Below are positions 20,601 through 29,996 of a stretch of 64,000 nt of DNA, one piece after another (within the stretch, counting starts at the first letter, position 1; each line of letters starts with the position of its first letter). This DNA comes from Thainema sp. (GTDB lineage Bacteria; Cyanobacteriota; Cyanobacteriia; Phormidesmidales; Phormidesmidaceae), in assembly GCA_052168235.1 (NCBI GenBank), contig JBQLZK010000001.1, positions 295,791 to 359,790 of the forward strand, read 5' to 3'. The notes below the pieces were generated by a model that was not told the origin of the DNA, made no database searches, and was given only the letters and a program-made list of their open reading frames with translations. The translations under genes and the position numbers were made by a program.

Positions 20601-21333
20601 GGCTTTCTCACCGACTCAGCGAGCCATTGCTCTGTCCTCTCATTACGCCTATGCCCAAATCACCGTCACCGATACTGGGCAAGGCATCAAAACCGAGTTT
20701 CTGCCGTATATTTTTGAGCGCTTTCGCCAAGCTGACAGTAAAACCACCCGTAAATTTGGCGGGTTGGGCTTGGGTTTAGCCATTGTGCGTCAATTGGTTG
20801 AACTACACGGAGGAACGGTTCAGGTAGATAGCCCTGGTGAAGGACAGGGAGCCACCTTTACGGTGCGGCTACCGCTGCTGAGCAAACAGATCGCTCGCCC
20901 CATCGAAGAACCTTATCCCCTCACGCCGCTATCATCTTATCCGCTCCTAGGCGTGCGAATTCTGGTTGTGGATGATGCCCCCGACACCCGTGAACTGCTG
21001 ATGTTTGTGTTGGAAGAAGCAGGAGCCAGCGTTTCATCGGTTTCATCGGCGATCGAAGCGCTACAGTGGTTAGCCACGTCAAACGGCAAAATTGACGTAC
21101 TGATCAGCGATATTGGAATGCCTGAGATGGACGGCTATATGTTGATGCGACACCTTAAAGCTCAATTTGCTGAACAGGACAATTCAACTCCACCCTTCCA
21201 TGCGATCGCACTAACTGCCTACGCAGAAGAAGCCAACCAGAAACAGGCTCTAGCCGCCGGATTCCAGCGCTATTTGAGCAAGCCAGTTGACCCCAATGAA
21301 TTAATCGATGAGATCGCAAGTTTAGTCAATTAA
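17689..21333 (+). CDS. Hybrid histidine kinase (3 PAS, 2 GAF, HisKA, HATPase, REC)
   Basis: DITERKQ-type PAS ends, GAF ends AIAIDNARLY and AQAISRAQLY, LSHELRSPL, NLLSNAVKFT, GGLGLGL, ILVVDD..ISDIGMP..SKP. Confidence 0.92.
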   Translation: MFDDASSKPLSSVPLPSPETEQVDALQHEQEMLKVLLDNVQTGIVACNAQGILTLFNQVAREFHGLPEQPLPPEQWAEYYDLYRADGKTRMSQHEIPLFRALQGETVHNVEMVIAPKGKMARTLLASGQAIIDAQGNKQGAVVVMHDITERKQMENVLRESEARLFSIFQTIPDGVIILDQHGQIAAANSAAEQILGLASGVLAQRVYNDPNWSITTLDGQPFPEEELPFTRVMQTRKPVYAVEHAISHADGTRKLLSINASPLFDTEGHLINVVASVSDITARKQAEVTLQESEERYRSVIETAAEGIVLQYADGTIFTCNVSAEQILGLTAAQMMGRTSLDPRWSAIHEDGSPFPGEQHPAMITLQTGEPQSNQVMGVCKPDGTLTWISINTRPLFQAHDPKPFAVVASFFDITDRKQAETERDQLIREQAARLEAEADQRRSAFLVEVSTALASSLDYEQTLQSVAQLAVPYFADWCSVDLLNDDGSISRVAVAHSDPEKVQFGWELAQRFSRHLDDGYGVSEVMKTGRSEIAIAITDEQLATIPNPEYLEILRGIGLKSCIVSPLQARGRVMGGISFAFAESNRHYSPADLTLAEDLARRAAIAIDNARLYYTAQQAKQAAETAADRTARLQAVTAALAESLTPEQVANVVVEQSVAALGAKAALVALVSPDRTELEIVQSIDCRPELIESWHKFPIDADAPLAKAVRTGQPQWLETLADRVARYPHLATAYSHYNFESWMSLPLIVEGVSIGGIALGFASYRHLSQADREFILALSRQCAQAISRAQLYEAERQARAEAEQANQVKDEFLAVLSHELRSPLNPILGWSRLLQTKHDNLDTLLRGLQTIERNAKLQTQLIEDLLDVSRILRGKLSLTVAPVDLKSTIDAAIETVRLAAEAKKIDLQFTVVDFDSNDHALDALDFKISNPHYHVSGDAARLQQVVWNLLSNAVKFTPDGGRVEVKLEQAFSPTQRAIALSSHYAYAQITVTDTGQGIKTEFLPYIFERFRQADSKTTRKFGGLGLGLAIVRQLVELHGGTVQVDSPGEGQGATFTVRLPLLSKQIARPIEEPYPLTPLSSYPLLGVRILVVDDAPDTRELLMFVLEEAGASVSSVSSAIEALQWLATSNGKIDVLISDIGMPEMDGYMLMRHLKAQFAEQDNSTPPFHAIALTAYAEEANQKQALAAGFQRYLSKPVDPNELIDEIASLVN

Positions 21334-21538
21334 CGCCTTTCTCATAACCGTTGCACCTCTCTTATCAAATTTATTCCAACAATTTTCATCACGGCCTCTA
21401 CCGTCGCTTACCACGCTCTACAGCCCTTTACAGCCTTTTCCTTCACCCCAATTTCATAAAACGTTGCGGATCTTTTCGTTTTTTTTACATTCCACCTGTA
21501 GATTACAGAGTCGAAGTGCTTATTCAGGAGCAACGCAC

Positions 21539-22834
21539 ATGTTGAACACGCCGAACTCTGCTCACTGGTTAAAGGTTTTGTCCGGTGCAGCCAGTCTGAT
21601 GGGAGCTAGCTTGTTCCTAAGCTTGCCTGCACTAGCAGAGTTAGAAGATTCTAAAACGCGGCCTCTATCGTCTGGTGCTGCCGCTGAAATAGATATGGTA
21701 GAGACCGAGGCGGTTGAGGCTGACGTAGAGGAAGTTGCTGAAGACGCAGCCGTAACTGACGTAGAAGAAATTGCTGAAACCGAGGCAGTGGACGCTGAAG
21801 CCGAGGTAACTGGAGTTGAACCAGTTGGTGCTGAAACTGACCTAGAAGCCAACTCAGAGCAGCCGATGGCGGAAGAAAATACGGCTGAACTGGGTTCCCT
21901 AGAATCCGAGCTGTCGCCTGAAGCAGACGCTGGCATGGAAACCGAGGTTGAGCTAGATGCGGCTGAAACCTCGATGCCGGAAGCCATGCCTGAACTGTCG
22001 GGCACGGAGCCTGAAGCCGTTGATGCTGAAGAAGACGCCACTGAAACCGAGGCCATTTCTGAGGAAACCGTAGAAGAAACCGATGAACTCAGCGCTGAGG
22101 ATCTAACCGATACAACCGATACTGAAGCTGCCGTTGAAGAGGTAGAAACCGAGGTTGAAGCTGGACTCGAAACCACTCCGACTGATTCAGAAGCCGTCGC
22201 TCCTGTCGAAGAAGCGCCGCTAGAAACCAGCGACACGCTGTCGAATGAAGGTGCGATCGCAGAAGAAATTAGCGACACCACCATGCCTGAGGCGATGCCG
22301 GAAACAATGGAGCCAGCAGCCCCAGCTCCAATGGGTTCGGACATGGAATCTGACGTTGAGCCTGGCGCAGACGTACTCACAGAACCCGCTGAGGAATCAA
22401 CTGAGCTAGACACCTCGGTTGAGCCTCAAGAGCTACAGCAGTTTGCCAGTGCAATTCCCGTACTGCAAAACCTAGAGCAGTCTGCGCGTGAAGAAGTTGA
22501 TGCCATCATTGCTCAATCTGATTTAACCCCGCAGCGATTTAATGAGCTCTATCTGGCCCAAGCTGAAGGGTCATCTCCTACCACCGCAGCAACTCCCGAA
22601 GAACAGGCTTCTTTCGAGGACTTGGTTAGCCAAATCGAATCCATCGAAAGCGAAACACTATCTCAGCAAGATGCTGCCATCCGCGCTGAAGGATTAGAGC
22701 CTGCCCGGTTCACCGAAATCATGGCAATGGTGCAGCAGAATCCTACGCTCCAAGAGCAAGTGATTCAAATGATGCAGCCTGCTGCTCCTGAACAGCCTGC
22801 TGCTCCTGAACAGCCTGCTCCTGGTGTTCAGTAG
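21539..22834 (+). CDS. Exported acidic low-complexity protein with a C-terminal DUF4168-like domain
   Basis: Signal peptide ending LPALA, E/D/A/T-rich region, ELQQFASA..LTPQRFNEL..EGLEPARFTEI..NPTLQEQV, PAAPEQ repeats. Confidence 0.75.
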   Translation: MLNTPNSAHWLKVLSGAASLMGASLFLSLPALAELEDSKTRPLSSGAAAEIDMVETEAVEADVEEVAEDAAVTDVEEIAETEAVDAEAEVTGVEPVGAETDLEANSEQPMAEENTAELGSLESELSPEADAGMETEVELDAAETSMPEAMPELSGTEPEAVDAEEDATETEAISEETVEETDELSAEDLTDTTDTEAAVEEVETEVEAGLETTPTDSEAVAPVEEAPLETSDTLSNEGAIAEEISDTTMPEAMPETMEPAAPAPMGSDMESDVEPGADVLTEPAEESTELDTSVEPQELQQFASAIPVLQNLEQSAREEVDAIIAQSDLTPQRFNELYLAQAEGSSPTTAATPEEQASFEDLVSQIESIESETLSQQDAAIRAEGLEPARFTEIMAMVQQNPTLQEQVIQMMQPAAPEQPAAPEQPAPGVQ

Positions 22835-22856
22835 ACGCAATTAACTAAACCAAAAC

Positions 22857-22910
22857 GTCTAAATCCAAAATCCAAAGTCTAAAATCCAAAACCAAAACCA
22901 AACAACCCAA
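22857..22910. repeat. STRR-type heptamer tandem repeat (AAAATCC-like)
   Basis: TCTAAATCCAAAATCCAAAGTCTAAAATCCAAAACCAAAACC. Confidence 0.7.
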
Positions 22911-22991
22911 TCATCCTTGTCAGCCGTGATACCACAACGGCTAGCACCGCTGACAAGGCTCCGGTTCCGCCCCCCTGATTTGTTAACCAAG

Positions 22992-23426
22992 TCAGGGGCT
23001 TTTTGGTCGGCGTTCGCTGCGGTAATTTTCTTTATCAATGGTGTAAGAGATTGGGGGTGAGTTTTTTGGGGGTTGATTAGTCGTCGATTGAATGCGGATT
23101 TGAGGGGCTGAGGTGGCGGCAATAGAATGGGATTCTGAGGTTGAAGAGTCTGGATGTGGAGCGGTTGGTTTGGCAGAGCCTTCAGAGGTTGGGGGAGCTG
23201 AGGAAGAAGCGGACGTTGAATCTTGGAACGGCAGACTGTTCTGTTTGGAATAGTTGGATGCGATCGCAAGTGCTACCCCAGCCAGGATGAACACAGGTAG
23301 CGGCAGTTCAGCCAGCTCAAAACCAGTCATATCAATACCAATCAGGTGAATCAGCCAGCGATAAAACTCGGTAGCTCCAAACAGCACCACGAAGCAAATA
23401 AGCCAAAAAACAAGCATGAAGTCCAT
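22992..23426 (-). CDS. Hypothetical membrane protein
   Basis: FWLICFVVLFGATEFYRW..LPLPVFILAGVALAIASNY followed by a Ser/Pro-rich tail. Confidence 0.7.
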   Translation of the reverse strand: MDFMLVFWLICFVVLFGATEFYRWLIHLIGIDMTGFELAELPLPVFILAGVALAIASNYSKQNSLPFQDSTSASSSAPPTSEGSAKPTAPHPDSSTSESHSIAATSAPQIRIQSTTNQPPKNSPPISYTIDKENYRSERRPKSP

Positions 23427-23617
23427 AGGGTAATGGTATTCAAATGATGTTTCGTCAAGTGTGAGCTGAGCGCCCGCAACAAAACATCATTATCCTCTGA
23501 GGACTACCGTCTCAGTAGCTGAGCATACTAAATATAAAGCCTCAAACCCTGCACTGCCTGCTGCGCGGGCGGCGCAGGGTTTGAGATCAGTTTTTTAATT
23601 ACTTACACCCAGGTACT

Positions 23618-23721
23618 TAGGAGCGTGAATTAAATAGCCTGTCAATCATTCCATCCGTAGGGACACGGCAATGCCGTGTCCCTACCCCAAAGATTTCACC
23701 TTATTTAATTCACGCTCCTTA
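23618..23721. mobile_element. MITE-like element with 18-bp terminal inverted repeats and an internal GTAG-type REP palindrome
   Basis: AGGAGCGTGAATTAAATA...TATTTAATTCACGCTCCT; GTAGGGACACGGCAATGCCGTGTCCCTAC at 23657-23685. Confidence 0.75.
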
Positions 23722-23734
23722 TCAGAAGGCAATT

Positions 23735-24520
23735 CTACAGTGCAAACCGCATCAGCAAACCTGCTAAGCCCTGAATCAGATTTGCAAAACTGCCGCGAGC
23801 GCGAGGAGGCTTGCTAGCCGCTTCTTCAATTGCATGCACTTCCTCAACAAACCGCTGCGCAGCGGCCTGACTCTGCAAATCTCCCTGCTGACCAAACAAA
23901 TCTGCCGCTAAAGTTGAATCTGCGATCGCGCCTTCTGCATCGATCATCTTATAGCGTGCTACCGCCCGTGCTAGATAAGCTGGAGCAAATTCAGGCTGAA
24001 GCTGAATCGCTTGGCTAAAGTAATCCACCGCAACCGGATAGTTAGATTGCTGCCCTGCTTCAATCCCCCAGCGATAGTAGTCGTTAAAGCTAAAAACACC
24101 GTCTGGCAAACCAATACTTTGCTGAATATAGGTGCTGCTGAGGTCAACCCCCTCCATATTGGCTCCATATAAATAAGCACGGCGCAAATCGGTGCCATTC
24201 AAAATAGCGCCTTGCAAATTCGCACCACTAAGATTCGCTCCTTGTAGCATTGCCCCCGTCAAGTTTGCTCCCTGCAAATTTGCGCCGACCAAGTTGGCCT
24301 GACTCAGATTGGCAAACGTTAGATCAGCACCACTTAAATCCACACCTGTTAAATCAGCGTGAACTAGCCCAGCTTGCTGTAGTTGACATCCTTGACAAGC
24401 TCGCGTCGATAGCAACTGCTGAAGTTGGGCAATATCCTCTGCTCGCACAGGTGAAACTGCGGAGAGTCCAAGAACAACGGTGGCGCTGGCCAGGGAGAAC
24501 AAACGCATAGTGAACCTCAT
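23735..24520 (-). CDS. Pentapeptide repeat plus TPR protein, exported
   Basis: Signal peptide ending PVRA, QLLSTRACQGCQL, ANL repeats, AVDYFSQAIQLQPEFAPAYLARA TPR. Confidence 0.85.
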   Translation of the reverse strand: MRFTMRLFSLASATVVLGLSAVSPVRAEDIAQLQQLLSTRACQGCQLQQAGLVHADLTGVDLSGADLTFANLSQANLVGANLQGANLTGAMLQGANLSGANLQGAILNGTDLRRAYLYGANMEGVDLSSTYIQQSIGLPDGVFSFNDYYRWGIEAGQQSNYPVAVDYFSQAIQLQPEFAPAYLARAVARYKMIDAEGAIADSTLAADLFGQQGDLQSQAAAQRFVEEVHAIEEAASKPPRARGSFANLIQGLAGLLMRFAL

Positions 24521-24599
24521 CTGCTGCATTAACCCGTCTAGTGTCTCTAAAAAAAACCGAGATGCCCACAATCTTACATAGAGTGTAATAGTGTTTCTG

Positions 24600-24812
24600 A
24601 ACAAAGAGTCAAGAGTGAAAATCTGTCTTTGATTTAGACTTTCAGCGATGGCTACCAAAGATGCGTCTACTAGATCCATTGGCAAATCTCGTATTGTGCC
24701 ATCAATGCCCGCATCCTTGTTTGTTATTCACTATTGTTGAAATGCAAGACAAGCATTTGATCGGCCAAATCGCTTCATAGTTCTTGCTGTGCTGGCCAAC
24801 CACGTACTGGCT
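24600..24812 (-). pseudogene. Degenerate VapC/PIN toxin remnant
   Basis: GWPAQQEL*..RMRALMAQY, frameshift, RDLPMDLVDASLVAIAESLNQRQIFTLDS: PIN C-terminal motif with stops and a frameshift. Confidence 0.7.
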
Positions 24813-25024
24813 GAAGAAGGCGGATGGAGAAATTTTGAAAAAGTCAGCTAATATTCTTGGTGCTCTTTTTCAATAGAACGCGATCGCACTTTAGGTTCCA
24901 ATACAATCTGAAGTGCTTCTAAAGCATTGCGAATTCTATAACCTCTGGGAAGAGTGATATCACTCTTTATGGACAGGGAACTCTACATCTGTAGATTACC
25001 CTCCCAATAGCGTAGGATCTAAGT

Positions 25025-25680
25025 ATGCAGTCTAATCTAGAGCCGCAGTTTGAGTTTGTAGATTTACCCAAGTTTCCAAAAACACTATTTGCTTTTAAGC
25101 AGTATGATGGCGCTAAAACAATATCTATATTTCTTCTTATTCTTGCAACCATATACCTCCTTTCCGGTTTCTGGGGATTCTTATTAGACCATAATGCTTG
25201 GCTACATGACTGGATATATCCACCTCAACCAGTTACAGCAGAACCTATAAATCCGTGGTGGGATCCATTAGGTTTATTCCACAAAAACTTGATTACTAAT
25301 GTTCTGACTAGCGCCATTAGCTATATTGATCTGGCGTTTAGAACATCTATTTTCCTTTGTACGTATTGCTTCGCATGGGCAATGTTTGATCCGAGAAATA
25401 TTGAAGGGTAAGTAATGGGACTTCTAAACACACTTCTAGGTGCTGCTTACGTAATATCTCCTATTGATTTTATTCCTGATAGTGTACCTCTTGCAGGAAC
25501 TGTTGATGACACATTCCTTGGTATTGGAATGGTCATTTTAGGTATTCAGGTTGGTGTCGAACTTACATGAGGAACGACAAAGCACAAGTGGTAAAGGACT
25601 TGATCAATCATGGAAATACTGAAAGAGCTTTGCAGATTTTACTTAAAGACAAAGGTATCTCAATCAAGTCACATCAATAG
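25025..25680 (+). pseudogene. DUF1232/YkvA-family membrane protein gene, interrupted
   Basis: In-frame TAA at 25409-25411, then VMGLLNTLLGAAYVISPIDFIPDSVPLAGTVDD; apparent frameshift near 25545; C-terminus runs to TAG at 25680; AT-rich. Confidence 0.65.
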
Positions 25681-25798
25681 TTGACACTAATGCAATTGTG
25701 CTTAATCGCAAATCTCGCAGCTTGGGTTGAGTAGCGAACATAAGCTAACCTGGCAATTAAATCAGCATCTTGACCTTGCGATTTGAACTCGTTTAAAC

Positions 25799-25835
25799 GC
25801 AATGGAGGGACGAGATATTCTCGTCCCTCCATTGC
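25799..25835. terminator. Hairpin between convergent genes, probable ccsA terminator
   Basis: GCAATGGAGGGACGAGA-tat-TCTCGTCCCTCCATTGC. Confidence 0.65.
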
Positions 25836-25859
25836 TAGAAATGTGCAATCTCTGAATGG

Positions 25860-26864
25860 TTAAAAGAACCAGCCGTAGCTATGCAGCCCTTTGCCGAGCA
25901 GATTTACACCTAAATAGCAAACCCAGACCACAACAAATCCCGATGCCGCGAGAATTGCAGGCTTGCGACCTTGCCAACCTTTTGTAATCCGTGCATGGAG
26001 ATAAGCCGCAAAGACCAGCCAGGTGATCAGCGCCCAGGTTTCCTTCGGATCCCAGCTCCAGTAGGAACCCCAAGCTTCATTTGCCCAGACCGCTCCAGCG
26101 ATAATTCCAATCGTTAACAGCGGAAAGCCTAAGCCAATGATGCGATAGCTGATGTTATCCAACGTATCCGCTAAGCTGAGGCGCTGCGGTGACAAAGGTT
26201 CAGCAGACGTAACGGTGTTTGTCCGCTCGATCACAGCCGTACCGCCGCCATCGGCAAACGTCAACGGCTCAGCAACAGGTTCACCCTGACGCTTGAGCTG
26301 ATAGCGCTGGCTAGTGGAACGGAAGGAACCTGTACCGACGGAGCTGCCCTTGAGTTCAATATCCTGACCACGAGTGACGACGAGAAATGCGATCGCCAGT
26401 AGCGAGCCCACCATCAGCGCCGCATAGCTAAGCAGCATGACACTAACGTGCATCATCAGCCAGTTAGACTTGAGCGCAGGTACCAGCGGTTCCGAGTGCT
26501 GCATGGCATCGGGTAGCGACAGTGCCGCAAAAGCCGTAATTGCCATCGTTACAGGAGCGGTTACGGCTCCGACCAGGCGACTTTGGCTCATCTGCTCCGC
26601 TAGCAAGTGCATGGCCGTAATGCCCCAGGCCACGAAAAACAGCGATTCATACAGATTACTCAGCGGAAAATAACCCGCCTCAATCCAACGGGCCGCCAAT
26701 AGTGCGGCGATGCACAAATTTGCGATCGCCATGCCAGCGGTGCCCATTTGCGCCAATGCTGGAATGCGCGGAAAGGCCACTCCAGCCCAGTACATCAACA
26801 TGGTGATAAACAGCACAGCAAACGATGCGTTATCGAGCCAGCCCTGTAGCGTAACTAAATCCAT
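25860..26864 (-). CDS. ccsA: Cytochrome c biogenesis protein CcsA (ResC-type)
   Basis: [45 protein letters not shown] (WWD motif), GLHSYG. Confidence 0.96.
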   Translation of the reverse strand: MDLVTLQGWLDNASFAVLFITMLMYWAGVAFPRIPALAQMGTAGMAIANLCIAALLAARWIEAGYFPLSNLYESLFFVAWGITAMHLLAEQMSQSRLVGAVTAPVTMAITAFAALSLPDAMQHSEPLVPALKSNWLMMHVSVMLLSYAALMVGSLLAIAFLVVTRGQDIELKGSSVGTGSFRSTSQRYQLKRQGEPVAEPLTFADGGGTAVIERTNTVTSAEPLSPQRLSLADTLDNISYRIIGLGFPLLTIGIIAGAVWANEAWGSYWSWDPKETWALITWLVFAAYLHARITKGWQGRKPAILAASGFVVVWVCYLGVNLLGKGLHSYGWFF

Positions 26865-26956
26865 TCCGGATCTCTCCGAATAAAGCTTTTTGTAAATACT
26901 GTTACTTATTCTAAACGTTTCTCAGACGCGATACAGCCACAATAGCGAGCTAATCG

Positions 26957-27310
26957 CTAATCAGAAAACCACGTTGCATAGGAAACTCGCCCATCCTGAT
27001 CAACCGTCAGGTAGCGTCTCTTTTGCAGTTCATGCACAATCGCTTCTTTATCCGTATCAGAAATTCCCCCTTGAAACTGAAACATCGTACCAATAAAATT
27101 TAACAACTTGGCTCGTTTGGTGGGTTTGGATTTCATTAGCCGCTCAGCCACATATTCAATCGTCTCGAAATCTGTAATTATCGCCCGCCTGCTGTCTGGA
27201 TTTCTCTCTTCCTCTTCTTGCCGAGCTAGTTGAATCAGATACTGAGCTAGGCGGAATTTATCTCGGTAAGAAAGCTGTTCACACAGTTTCGCTAGTTCGC
27301 CATAATCCAT
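26957..27310 (-). CDS. Hypothetical protein
   Basis: 117-aa ORF with helical, protein-like composition and no competing ORF. Confidence 0.6.
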   Translation of the reverse strand: MDYGELAKLCEQLSYRDKFRLAQYLIQLARQEEEERNPDSRRAIITDFETIEYVAERLMKSKPTKRAKLLNFIGTMFQFQGGISDTDKEAIVHELQKRRYLTVDQDGRVSYATWFSD

Positions 27311-27421
27311 GCTGAGCCTCGATCCGTTAGAACGGTTTAATACAATGCCGGTTAAAAACCAAGGCTTTAGGCTGTGTGGACTAGCTGAGCCAGCTCACAC
27401 AACCTAAATTGGGTCTGATAC

Positions 27422-27524
27422 TTGGCTGATTGACAAAAGTTCCCTACGTAGGTTGGGTAGAGCGCTAGCGCTCTACCCAACCTACGAAAGAACAGGGGGA
27501 GCAAGAGTTTTGTCAGTCAACCAG
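27422..27524. mobile_element. MITE-like element with terminal inverted repeats and an internal REP-like palindrome
   Basis: TGGCTGATTGACAAAA...TTTTGTCAGTCAACCA; GTAGGTTGGGTAGAGCGCTAGCGCTCTACCCAACCTAC at 27448-27485. Confidence 0.7.
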
Positions 27525-27536
27525 ACGGATTTGGAT

Positions 27537-27634
27537 ATATAGCCATAGCCATATTGGTTAGGGCGTTTTTGTGGTGCAGCTTTGCCACGCCATAAAAACG
27601 TTCGTGTCCTAGTACAGAGCTGACTACAGCGATA
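27537..27634. repeat. MITE-like palindromic repeat, family A copy 2
   Basis: Aligns with the reverse complement of 561-652 (ATAGCCATATT..GGTTAGG..hairpin..CGTGTCCTA..GAGCTGA.TACAGC). Confidence 0.75.
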
Positions 27635-27765
27635 ACCAAAATATTTAAATGAATAGATTACCGGAACGAAGGCGTTTTGGAGACATAAGTTTTTTAGGCA
27701 TAAATCATGGTGATATCACACCACGATTCATGCCCCAAAATCCTGATAGCGGATGGTTGCGAAGA

Positions 27766-29649
27766 TTACTCTGGGGGCTGCTCCGCTGGCGTCTCCACTG
27801 GAGATTCTTCCGGGGTAGGTTCAACGGGTTCCGGACTGGGCAAGGCACCAGGGCGCTCACCCTTTGCCAGCGAAACGTTGACATCGTAGCGGATGGTGCG
27901 AGGGTTCAAGATGGATGCCGTTACGCCAATCGCTTCAATTGAGTTGGCCACCTCTTGGCTTTGAGGCGGGAAGGGCGGCAGTGGAATGCCATCGGTATTC
28001 AAAAATCGGTTCAAATCAATATAGAAATGACCATTATTAGAATCCGGGCTGTCCAGCATCACTGTCCTGTACGGCTGGCTTTCGGCCAACGAAGGAGAGG
28101 GCTGCGCCAGAATCCGCTGGGCGGCAGTGGGGCCAATCGCCAAAAAGACCTGATTACCTTCTAGCCAGCCGCGAGTTAGCGTCAATGCGCCAAAGGGAGA
28201 CACCCAGTTCACGACGGGTTGACCGCCCATTTCTGCTGACTCCACCTGGAAACGATACCGACTCGACAGCACTTCATCTAGCTTCTCAAAGGTTTGTTCC
28301 GCCAAAGCGCGATCGCTGGGCTGCACGACAATCACTGGTGCTACCGTTGCTAGGGGTTGGGTATTAGGATCGTCTAATTCAGGAGCCGCGATGGGTAGCA
28401 GCGAAAGGGAAAACTCGCCATCCATCCAGTCCAGCAAATCGGTTTCCAGGTTTAGACCCGTAGTCGATTCAAAGCCAGCGCGGATATTTTCCGGATGCAG
28501 TGGCGTTAATGGCCGACCAGCCCCATTTTGGGCATAGTCCTGCCAGAGCTGTTTTAGGTTGCTGCCCGATACCATCGCTAGCGTATCTGAAGGTAGCAGA
28601 TCAGGAATTTGTCCAACCGCATTGGTCACTTGGTAAGTAAACTCGCTGTCCTGCGGTAGCCAGGCAACGCCAGCAAACTGCACGCCATTCGGCTTTAGCC
28701 CAACTGAGATAGCTAAACCCTGGTTGTTTTGGAACGTGGACAGGCTTTCCGGCGACACGGGCTGATTGGAGTTCTGGGCTGCGATCGCAGTTGCGGCAGG
28801 GACATTGACGTACAGCCGCGCAACTAAGTTATCAGTTTTAATCTGGTTGAAGGCGTTGCGATAGCCAGCAATCTGAGCGATGGACTCTTCTCCCTTGAAG
28901 GTATCGATTGTGGAATCAAGGGCGCTGCCATCCGTGGCTAACACAATATAGTTGGTGTCGAAAACGGCTGCCGAATAGTCAGTTGAATCTTCAGCCGTAA
29001 ACTCTTTAACTTCGACCCCTTTATATTCGCGAGTGGTACTGTCTTTCGTTAACTCTGAGTCGGCCAGAATTGCCTGCGCTTTGAGCGGATCAGCAATCGG
29101 CAACACGATGACCAAAGGCTGAGAGTCGTCGAATTCACCAAAATTTCCCTCACCAAAGTTCTCTGAAGCAGACGGCTCCTCCGTTTCAGTTTCAGCATCC
29201 TCGGTTTCGGTATCCGCCGCTTCGTCTTCAACTCCTAAGTCGGTATTTGGATCCGTGGCTTCAGGTTCAGCGTCCGGTGCAGTCCCCTCTGCTGCGCCAT
29301 CCGTCGGCATGAAGGCAATCGTGACTTCGTCTCCGACCCAAGGCTCGATGTCCTGCTCATAGTTCAATCCATTGGCCGTCAAAATGCGATCTCGCAGGTT
29401 GGCCAAGTTCTGATCAAACGAGGCTTGAGTTGTGGGTGTACCAAAGGAGCGAAGCGCTCTCCATTGCCCTTCATCGGTCGAGATGGAAATCGCCATCAGA
29501 GCCTCATCTGGCACAACGTTTGCTCCAGTCGGCAGATCTTTCGGCAGCACGCCGCGACGGGTCAATACCCAGTAAGCTCCGGCCCCGACTCCGATTAGAA
29601 GAGCCACAGCACCAATGGTTAGCAGTAAGGGAGATTTTTTCACTGGCAT
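27766..29649 (-). CDS. DUF3352 domain protein
   Basis: N-terminal TM anchor, GANVVPDEALM, GLNYEQDIEPWVGDEVTIA, GLNLETDLLDWMDGEF, NNGHFYID. Confidence 0.82.
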   Translation of the reverse strand: MPVKKSPLLLTIGAVALLIGVGAGAYWVLTRRGVLPKDLPTGANVVPDEALMAISISTDEGQWRALRSFGTPTTQASFDQNLANLRDRILTANGLNYEQDIEPWVGDEVTIAFMPTDGAAEGTAPDAEPEATDPNTDLGVEDEAADTETEDAETETEEPSASENFGEGNFGEFDDSQPLVIVLPIADPLKAQAILADSELTKDSTTREYKGVEVKEFTAEDSTDYSAAVFDTNYIVLATDGSALDSTIDTFKGEESIAQIAGYRNAFNQIKTDNLVARLYVNVPAATAIAAQNSNQPVSPESLSTFQNNQGLAISVGLKPNGVQFAGVAWLPQDSEFTYQVTNAVGQIPDLLPSDTLAMVSGSNLKQLWQDYAQNGAGRPLTPLHPENIRAGFESTTGLNLETDLLDWMDGEFSLSLLPIAAPELDDPNTQPLATVAPVIVVQPSDRALAEQTFEKLDEVLSSRYRFQVESAEMGGQPVVNWVSPFGALTLTRGWLEGNQVFLAIGPTAAQRILAQPSPSLAESQPYRTVMLDSPDSNNGHFYIDLNRFLNTDGIPLPPFPPQSQEVANSIEAIGVTASILNPRTIRYDVNVSLAKGERPGALPSPEPVEPTPEESPVETPAEQPPE

Positions 29650-29996
29650 GATGTATGAAGCCGCTTCAGGAAGCAACGACGCAAAACTGCCCTGCTAATC
29701 TAGCAAAGATCATCCACTTCGGAACAAACTTCACAAACCTGCAAACTAACGATTTCCGGCAACCATTTTCCCTAAACCGTTGTCCAGATTAAGGCTGACC
29801 TGATGGCTCACGCCGCTTTGACTGCGATCGCAAATGCTTTTAGCCTAAACAATGCCTACTACTTCAAATTAGACAGGAATCTCAATAATTGCCCCAACTC
29901 TTCAAACACTATTCATATAATTGAGTTGCCAATTAAAGCGTTGGCTTATCTGGCTTCCTGATCCGTCGTTATCACATCCACAAGGACGTTTAAATT

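Noticed and set aside
21562..22413. 283-aa Ser-rich antisense ORF (also 31521-31838, 16567-16794 and 11038-11694)
   Set aside because: These are shadow frames of low-complexity, repetitive or codon-biased genes on the opposite strand.
24521..24685. PIN-pentapeptide-TPR fusion protein (316-aa ORF)
   Set aside because: Most likely a chance in-frame junction with a decayed PIN pseudogene; the real gene has its own signal peptide starting near 24520.
13995..25859. A single genomic island inserted between ccs1 and ccsA
   Set aside because: The two genes are convergent, no flanking direct repeat or integrase is visible, and the interval includes typical native HIP1-bearing genes.
26957..27345. 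Orphan gene as another integron cassette
   Set aside because: No RYYYAAC..GTTRRRY palindrome follows its stop codon.
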